DNA from: Paraphysomonas bandaiensis
Lineage: Eukaryota > Protista > Chrysophyceae
Assembly: GCA_965644295.1 (NCBI GenBank)
Contig: CBFFRP010000305.1
Coordinates: 1-19,348, forward strand
Reading direction: 5' to 3'
Length of the DNA: 19,348 bases
Shown one piece after another: positions 1 to 7,168 of the stretch. The position numbers and the translations under genes are program-made. Each line of letters starts with the position of its first letter. Positions within the stretch are counted from its first letter, which is position 1. Below the pieces are notes generated by a model, which was not told where the DNA came from, ran no database searches, and saw only the letters and a list, made by a program, of their open reading frames with translations.

Positions 1-135
1 AAAGTATGAAGTACTTTAGAGGAGAAAAGGTATATTATATATTAAGGACAACTGATGTAAACATGTCAATGTGTGATGACAATGAATGGATATGCATGCA
101 TGTGACATACTATCCATTCATTCATAATACGTAGT
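1..135 (+). repeat. Direct repeat, copy A (identical to 2495-2629; may extend upstream of the window)
   Basis: aaagtatgaagtactttagagg...cataatacgtagt recurs at offset 2494. It contains a 12-bp-stem hairpin (81-92 aatgaatggata / 111-122 tatccattcatt). Confidence 0.97.
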
Positions 136-242
136 GCGTATGTGATAGGAAAACTACGGAAGCGAAGTTTACACTTCAACTCTCCCCCTAAAACTAAGCG
201 TACGTATGTAATGGACAACATGAAAACTAGGTACTAATAAGC

Positions 243-291
243 TAGATACTGAAAATAGAATAGATACTGAAAATAGAATAGATACTGAAAA
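243..291 (+). repeat. 18-bp tandem repeat (tagatactgaaaatagaa) x~2.7
   Basis: Units start at 243, 261 and 279 (last one partial). Confidence 0.95.
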
Positions 292-1162
292 CCCGAAAAG
301 AAAACCATGATGGTATAATGGATGCATGGGAAAACAAAGGGAAAGTATCCAATAATAGAATATATATACCATAACTATAAGATATAGTGTGTGCAGAGGA
401 CCAGATGGGGCATACCATCTACGAGTCATACACATCCCACTAATATAATATATAGGTAATGACATATGTATATATAATATATGTATATATATATATACTG
501 ATATTATGAACACAACGGTCATCGTATCGTAGAACCACTATAGTTCTGAAGAAGTCACAAACTTCAAAGCAAATCAATCCACGCTATGACAACATACGAG
601 GTTCATATGGAGTAGACGAAGAATTGAATCAACTATATATGCTTGTAATATTGCCTGACATGGTTAAACAAACAAAATATAGTATCATAATTTAATGTTC
701 ATATCATAAGTATGATACATCAGAATATAAGATAGATAATATGCATAACAAGTGAATCTTAATGATTATAATCAATATAGTATTATATACCTGTCACCTT
801 GAAATGCTTGAAAATCATGAACAGCTTAATATGGAAATGTTTTCTGTTGAATGTCTACATGACAACAATGAAAGAACAGATGAAACATATTAAATCACTG
901 GACTATATAGAGCCAGGTAAATACAAACGCTGAACTGATAATTGCATATATCGCATGAAAGTGCGCAATGCAGATTAAGATAATCAGTGCCTCTATAATA
1001 GTAGGGCAGCAGAGTTAAAACTCTGATTGTGAGGCTGTTCTACCTGTGGAACAAAGCCAGCACTATTCCATACTAGTGAAATAAAAGAGATATATATGCC
1101 TGCCTTTTATAATGATAAGGGGCTAAAATATGATATGCCTGCCATAAATAGGGGGCAATAAA

Positions 1163-2140
1163 CTATACTCTTTCCTGGGGCTGTTGCGATGATGTTCCCG
1201 TCGTATTGAAGGAACGACCTTCAGTCTGAGGGGTCATATCGAAAGCCGGCTGTAACGCGATTTCTGAGGTAGCTGGCTCGTTGGCTGCTCCAACAGATTT
1301 CTCGTCATGCACAATAACATCGGGTTCGGAACTAGGTTTAGAGGGGTCATTCCCGTCGGTATCATCCTCGTGGTTAAGTTCATCGTCGGATTTATCATAA
1401 ATCCGCTCCCGTGCTGGAAAGGTAAAAGAATGCTGAATGAATTGAACATCCGTAGTATCTAGAACCATATAACTATACATGTCCTGAGATATCACAATAT
1501 TGGGAGGGGATACTGCTCTCAACCATAATATATACTGGACGGAAGAGATCAGCACTCAATAATTCATCAGATAGATAAATATAAAGACATAAGTCCTGAT
1601 TGAAGTGCTCTACTGTAAGCCGATATACATGATACGCCAAACAGAGCAACAACAAATGGTGTATAACCATTATATCTGATACATCACCAGAGAAAGAAGC
1701 AGACGAAGATAATAATCCATATATAATATATATATGCTGCTGATGAACAGAGCAACATCCTCTGGGAACACGTATTGGAGTACAAGCTGGTGTACAGTGA
1801 AACCCTTGTGGATAAGATAAAGCAATCACCATCGTCGAACTCTTGATAAATAACTACTCTCGTTGAATAAAGAGAAGAGAATCCATGCTCTCAAACACAA
1901 CTGCTGTGCGAGGCTAACATATAGCTCATAACAAGCGATCTCTTACTGCAGGGTTGACTCCCTGAGAAGGCGAATAGTAGTCATCGAAAGAATATTCACA
2001 GCCATCAACATGAAGTCTAACCACTCCTGGTGTATCACCGGACAAAGCGTCTCAAGGTGTCAAAATCAGCACACATGGTGGAGACAAGTCATCAAAATCA
2101 GACTGGCTGGAATGGACATGTGCATTAGTGTATACACTGT
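1163..2140 (-). pseudogene. Probable decayed host gene (membrane-protein-like, acidic low-complexity C-terminus)
   Basis: Manual translation gives protein-like segments broken by stops and frameshifts: ...DFDDLSPPCVLILTP*DALSGDTPGVVRLHVDGCEYSFDDYYSPSQGVNPAVRDRLL*AIC*PRTAVVFESM..., then VVIYQEFDDGDCFILSTRVSLY...IYYIWIIIFVCFFLW*CIRYNGYTPFVVALFGVSCISAY..., then ORF 1163-1555. No family recognised. Confidence 0.4.
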
Positions 2141-2230
2141 CATCTCCTTAAAGTCATATAATACACACTGCAGGAACACAAACAAGGAACAGACAGACTG
2201 TCGATTTGTTTTCAGTGCCCAAAAAAAATG

Positions 2231-2341
2231 CATATTCTCCGGAAATATTCTCTTTAAAAAAACGATTTTCCGAGTTTGAACAAAAAGGTACATATTTTCC
2301 GGAAATTGATTCCAAAACCCCCGGATTTTCGAGTTTTCGAG
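2231..2341. promoter_or_regulatory. CpG-containing motif cluster (catattYtccggaaat x2; ttttcgag x2): promoter-like or transposon subterminal repeats
   Basis: 16-bp direct repeat at 2231-2246 and 2291-2306 with 1 mismatch. The second copy contains the palindrome tttccggaaa. It lies just upstream of the decayed minus-strand gene. Confidence 0.3.
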
Positions 2342-2494
2342 AAACAGCAGAGTTCAAAGGAAGCACATCGTGTATTTCGTCTGTGTACAGATGACAGGCT
2401 TGTTTCATATGTTGATGCCGTCATTCCACCAGTGATGTGGAGGCGAACAAACAAATAAATAAGGTTGGTTATCGTAACCATCTGCTACCAAGTT

Positions 2495-2629
2495 AAAGTA
2501 TGAAGTACTTTAGAGGAGAAAAGGTATATTATATATTAAGGACAACTGATGTAAACATGTCAATGTGTGATGACAATGAATGGATATGCATGCATGTGAC
2601 ATACTATCCATTCATTCATAATACGTAGT
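2495..2629 (+). repeat. Direct repeat, copy B of 1-135
   Basis: Same sequence as 1-135. It ends exactly where the inverted viral-like gene copy begins, with a 3-nt overlap (agt, 2627-2629). Confidence 0.97.
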
Positions 2630-3314
2630 CGTTCAAGGTAATACAAATACACAATACCAAACAAATGTCACTTTTCCTACATCATTTACAGGTCTTCCAA
2701 CTGCTTTTAATGGTCAAGATGTTTTTGATACTCATATAACTAAGTCTTATTCTGGTGGAAGTGGTTCAACTGCTTATGCCAATGGAAATTATAACTTAAT
2801 TTGTTCATCATATGGTAGATACAGAACAGCCGACCCTTTAAATTCATGTAACTTATTATTTGATGATAGTGATGAGACGTTCTGGGGTAATAACAGATAT
2901 AACAGCGGACCAAATGGTATTGACAATTACAGAGATGGCGTTTTTTATGCTATGCCTTCTGGTGAAGCTTATGATGGCACAACAGGTAATTACATCGGTA
3001 GTAATGGAACAGATCATTATTTTTCAACTACATATGATACATCTCAATCAATAGCTGGTGAATGGGTTCAAGTTCAATTGCCTTATAAAATTCGTTTAAC
3101 ATCTATATCAACTCAAGAAAGAAGCACACCACAAGAGAGAACAATGAAAGCATGCTATATATTAGGATCTGATGATGGCACAACTTGGAATTATATTGAT
3201 GATGTAGCATTTCCAGGAACACAAGATTCAACTTTATTTACTGAAGCAGTTACAACAACTAAAAAATATTCAATTATAAGAATTATTGACATCACGTGTG
3301 TTGCACCATGTTAG
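2628..3314 (+). pseudogene. 5'- and 3'-truncated inverted duplicate of the discoidin-like gene at 4135-4932
   Basis: 2627-3284 is the reverse complement of 4225-4882 with 3 substitutions (2633, 2738, 3015). The frame is open but lacks the first ~17 codons and the last ~30 codons, ending IDITCVAPC* in unrelated sequence. Confidence 0.92.
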
Positions 3315-3489
3315 GAGTGTGTGTGTGTGCATATATGCTTCTATGGTGTTTATCACTTGTTTTAAGTTAGACCAAAGCTTGGTGCCAGTGAACTTGGGTA
3401 CCGGCGGTATACACACAGAAAGGAAGACGGGCCGAGGGGCGCTCTAAGCCGCTTAGGCATTCTTCCTGAGCCAGAAGGGCTCTCGTATC

Positions 3490-3512
3490 GTAATAAAACT
3501 TCGTTTTATTAC
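3490..3512. other. Perfect 10-bp DNA hairpin with cGAAg triloop (minus strand)
   Basis: gtaataaaac-ttc-gttttattac; the minus strand reads gtaataaaac-GAA-gttttattac. Confidence 0.9.
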
Positions 3513-3643
3513 TCTTTCCTTTTCACTCTATCTTTCTTCCTTTCCACTCTATCTTTAAATATAATTATTATAGCTTATATAATTATATTAATAATACTAT
3601 ACTTTAAATAAAAATTAATTACTTTATATAATATTAAATAATT

Positions 3644-3693
3644 ATCTTATAATAAAATTGAAATATGATCTTATAATAAAATTGAAATATGAT
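3644..3693 (+). promoter_or_regulatory. 24-bp tandem duplication, each unit containing AAAATTGA (Mimiviridae early-promoter consensus)
   Basis: atcttataatAAAATTGAaatatg x2, with the motif at 3654-3661 and 3678-3685. The repeat is certain; promoter function is inference, and no substantial + strand ORF follows. Confidence 0.45.
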
Positions 3694-3813
3694 TTTGGCT
3701 TTCTGGCATTTTGGCTTTCTGGCATTTTGGCTTTTATGAAAATTAGAAAAAGTTATAAAATAAAATTTATTATATAGTTTATGTTATAAAAAGCCAATGC
3801 CAAAATGCCAGAG
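3693..3813. repeat. 16-bp tandem (ttttggctttctggca x~2.6) with an imperfect inverted partner
   Basis: Units at 3693, 3709 and 3725. The stretch 3785-3813 (ataaaaagccaatgccaaaatgccagag) is an imperfect reverse complement. Confidence 0.85.
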
Positions 3814-3896
3814 TTGTAATGGTGTAGTAATGGTGATGGTGTTGATGATGGTGGTGTTGTAACAGTGAAGCCAGTGCCATAATGCCAGTTTCTATT

Positions 3897-3933
3897 CAAA
3901 ATAATTTATCAAAATAATTTATCAAAATAATTT
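3897..3933 (+). repeat. 13-bp tandem repeat (caaaataatttat) x~2.8
   Basis: Units at 3897, 3910 and 3923. Confidence 0.9.
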
Positions 3934-4134
3934 TTACGTTATTACCAATTAAAAAATTATTAAAAAGCAAAATGGTTTAAAGAGATAATTTTAAAAAGGC
4001 CATGAAAGATGTCAAAAAGAAAAAGCAGATGAAGGTTAATAAATAGTTGAATACACACACGCAACAAACAATAAACAAAATAGTTTTAAAAAATCGGCTC
4101 CTTTCTTTAAAGTATGATAAAGAAATGCTTGAAC

Positions 4135-4932
4135 TTATTCAGTTGTTGAATCTAAACTCCATGTATCACCTGTTAATCTAAAATTGATAGTATTGAACAT
4201 AATATAACCTGCTGAGGCAATAACAATTCTTATAATTGAATATTTTTTAGTTGTTGTAACTGCTTCAGTAAATAAAGTTGAATCTTGTGTTCCTGGAAAT
4301 GCTACATCATCAATATAATTCCAAGTTGTGCCATCATCAGATCCTAATATATAGCATGCTTTCATTGTTCTCTCTTGTGGTGTGCTTCTTTCTTGAGTTG
4401 ATATAGATGTTAAACGAATTTTATAAGGCAATTGAACTTGAACCCATTCACCAGCTATTGATTGAGATGTATCATATGTAGTTGAAAAATAATAATCTGT
4501 TCCATTACTACCGATGTAATTACCTGTTGTGCCATCATAAGCTTCACCAGAAGGCATAGCATAAAAAACGCCATCTCTGTAATTGTCAATACCATTTGGT
4601 CCGCTGTTATATCTGTTATTACCCCAGAACGTCTCATCACTATCATCAAATAATAAGTTACATGAATTTAAAGGGTCGGCTGTTCTGTATCTACCATATG
4701 ATGAACAAATTAAGTTATAATTTCCATTGGCATAAGCAGTTGAACCACTTCCACCAGAATAAGACTTAGTAATATGAGTATCAAAAACATCTTGACCATT
4801 AAAAGCAGTTGGAAGACCTGTAAATGATGTAGGAAAAGTGACATTTGTTTGGTATTGTGTATTTGTATTACCTTGGACGACTTTATATTTGTTAATGTGA
4901 TTGGCAATATTAATAATAGAACTTAGTGACAT
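4135..4932 (-). CDS. 265-aa discoidin/F5-8 type C (galactose-binding-like) domain protein, virus-like
   Basis: Motifs LFDDSDETFW, GEWVQVQLPYKIRLTSI, YILGSDDGTTWNYID and KYSIIRIVI. The ATG at 4932 follows an atatatatat tract. The longer 312-aa ORF call runs into IR2 sequence. Confidence 0.8.
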   Translation of the reverse strand: MSLSSIINIANHINKYKVVQGNTNTQYQTNVTFPTSFTGLPTAFNGQDVFDTHITKSYSGGSGSTAYANGNYNLICSSYGRYRTADPLNSCNLLFDDSDETFWGNNRYNSGPNGIDNYRDGVFYAMPSGEAYDGTTGNYIGSNGTDYYFSTTYDTSQSIAGEWVQVQLPYKIRLTSISTQERSTPQERTMKACYILGSDDGTTWNYIDDVAFPGTQDSTLFTEAVTTTKKYSIIRIVIASAGYIMFNTINFRLTGDTWSLDSTTE

Positions 4933-4942
4933 ATATATATTG

Positions 4943-6391
4943 ATGTTACTTGTGTAGACGTCTTTGGGCCCTGACGAATAAACAGGCATCCGGGAATGGG
5001 TCCACCTCAAGGGCATCCGGGAAAGGGCCCACCTGAAGGGTAACCGGGGTATTGGGCTGCCTGCTGAAGTCAAGCATCCGGGATGTTCACCTTAAGAATT
5101 CAGAGCGGAAGTGGTCGCACCTTGGTGCTTGTGGCGACGCACAAGCAGCTTCCGTAGCGTTAAATAGTAGGATAAAAAAAGTGTGTACTGATTAGTTACA
5201 GGTAGAGGTCTAACTAGTTTGTCTAGCATTCATCTAGCTACTAAGTTGGTGCAGGTTTAACGCCTATTGCTAATAATAAGACTTTCAATATGAGGCTATA
5301 TATTATGCTATGTACAAAATAACCTGCGGGGCGTTGGAAGGTTCACTACAATTGTGAACGGTAAAATGGTTTATGAAGTGCCGTATTTAGATGGGGCTAT
5401 GTTGAGAAGTACCTACCAACTGCATCTGGGAAAATATATATACGCAGATGTTACTATGACAACTCAGCTGTGACTCACAGTGTGGTTTGATAACCAAGAC
5501 TACGGCTCGTGATAACACTAACTGTTAGCAGGTTACGTAAGTAAAGTAACTTAGGCTATCACTTAAATCTGAAAATTATAAAATTATAGGAGATATCATT
5601 CATCATTCATTGTCATTCACCAACTCGTTTTATCTCTACTACACCAACCATTTCTAGTACGCTAGTACGATCTCACATCATCACTACCTTGTACAGTCAA
5701 TATATTTCAGTTTCAGTACTACAATAGCTATCACATCACTGGTTCTCATATTACGGTTAGCTACTACTGTATTCTTTGAGTAACGGCTATAATTCAAATA
5801 TCTTAGAAACTACAGCTTTTAATTGATCAAAAAACAGCAAAACTCAACAGTATAAGCTGCAATTGTTTGGGTATAACATACAGACTGCGTATATATATTT
5901 TCCCAGATGCAGTTGGTAGGTACTTCTCAACATAGCCCCATCTAAATACGGCACTTCATAAACCATTTTACCGTTCACAATTGTAGTGAACCTTCCAACG
6001 CCCCGCAAGTTATTTTGTACATAGCATAATATATAGCCTCATATTGAAAGTCTTATTATTAGCAATAGGCGTTAAAAACCTGCACCAACTTAGTAGCTAG
6101 ATGAATGCTAGACAAACTAGTTAGACCTCTACCTGTAACTAATCAGTACACACTTTTTTTATCCTACTATTTAACGCTACGGAAGCTGCTTGTGCGTCGC
6201 CACAAGCACCAAGGTGCGACCACTTCCGCTCTGAATTCTTAAGGTGAACATCCCGGATGCTTGACTTCAGCAGGCAGCCCAATACCCCGGTTACCCTTGA
6301 GGTGGGCCCTTTCCCGGATGCCCTTGAGGTGGACCCATTCCCGGATGCCTGTTTATTCGTCAGGGCCCAAAGACGTCTACACAAGTGACAT
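4943..6391. repeat. Long inverted repeat IR2 (foldback/MITE-like): arms 4943-5447 and 5885-6391, 437-bp core
   Basis: The arms are reverse complements with about 3 substitutions and one 2-bp indel (ggtttaacg vs ggtttttaacg). No clear target-site duplication. Confidence 0.95.
4985..5049 (+). repeat. GC-rich 27-bp degenerate tandem repeat x~2.4 inside the IR2 arm (mirror at 6285-6349)
   Basis: ggcatccgggaatgggtccacctcaag / ggcatccgggaaagggcccacctgaag / ggtaaccgggg. One frame reads HPGMGPPQG-HPGKGPPEG-*PG. Confidence 0.85.
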
Positions 6392-7168
6392 TTTTATTGG
6401 TGTCCCTTGTACCACACAAGCATTCGGCTATGAGTGGGCAGAAGAATATCTGCTGACTATGTTTGCGGCTCACGTTAGTTTCCCAGAGAAATAACTCCGG
6501 TACTTATCCCCCAGAACACCACGAAAAGGTGCGAGTCCGACTTTGTTGAGGGTATATAGCCTCTTCCAGTTCTTTATTTACACTTTCTCATGCAATCGAA
6601 CTGGCAATGATACTCGCAAGAAAACTTCGTAACACTGTAGGCCGATGCTTAGAATGTACAAGGCAATAAATGACACCGGTAAAAATGCTTTACAAATATA
6701 GTTCGATGTTCCAAAGTAAAGAGCCACTCCAACAACTTTAGAACGCAAAATTTCCATAAAGATATATATACTCCAAGCACGTAGAGAACAACAAAAGAAT
6801 CATCAAACTTTACTCATACAATTACGGCATATACTTACTATCAGAGAAACGTAATTAATTACATCTATCGCTATATATACGAAATAAAAAACTAACAACA
6901 TGGTTTGCTGAACGTCACTATAGTTGACATACCACAACAATTGCGTCTCTGATACGCATAACTCCATACCATTACGTACACAACACAACAACAAAAACAC
7001 AATAATGTATATATCTGCACCACACTACACTCATTTCCTTGCATAGAACAGGCACTGGAAGCGCGGGAACTGTAACAAGAATCTCCCGATGCGTTCGTTT
7101 GACTGCATCGACGACTGATATTGTTTAACCTATAAACTGGTTAGTTGCCTTCACTCTCACAATGAGAT

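Larger units (their letters stand above)
2627..4882. repeat. Long inverted repeat IR1: arms 2627-3284 and 4225-4882 (658 bp), 940-bp spacer
   Basis: Line-by-line reverse-complement comparison shows 3 mismatches and no indels. Confidence 0.97.
3490..4942. mobile_element. Probable endogenous DNA-virus fragment (virophage / Polinton-like virus / giant-virus type); boundaries approximate
   Basis: Abruptly AT-rich island with an intronless, AT3-biased gene preceded by atatatatatATG. It has discoidin-like motifs common in such viruses, a duplicated AAAATTGA, and a repeat-dense non-coding flank. No hallmark gene (capsid, pPolB, ATPase, integrase) is in the window. Confidence 0.6.

Noticed and set aside
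169-522. 117-aa hydrophobic ORF with SVSILF repeats
   Set aside because: It is a product of AT-rich low-complexity DNA and the 18-bp tandem repeat.
3380-3398. tggtgccagtgaacttggg as an LTR primer-binding site
   Set aside because: It is not preceded by an LTR-like ...CA end, no gag follows, and the tRNA match cannot be verified.
3421-3485. Self-cleaving ribozyme
   Set aside because: No hammerhead (CUGAnGA/GAAA), twister or HDV core was recognisable by eye. It is kept only as a structured patch.
3644-3933. Possible CRISPR-like array
   Set aside because: The repeats are directly tandem with no unique spacers, there are no cas genes, and the context is eukaryotic.
4102-4125. Hairpin tttcttta/taaagaaa just after the stop of the viral-like gene (Mimivirus-type polyadenylation hairpin)
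   Set aside because: An 8-bp, almost all A/T stem is expected by chance in this composition.
4933-5073. 47-aa N-terminal extension of the 312-aa ORF, and mirror ORFs 6261-6494 and 6139-6384
   Set aside because: These lie in the IR2 arm, start at non-ATG codons and read the 27-bp repeat. The native start is more likely ATG 4932.
6392-6600. Higher-GC stretch that may be a decayed coding fragment
   Set aside because: The frames I translated contain stops and no recognisable motif.
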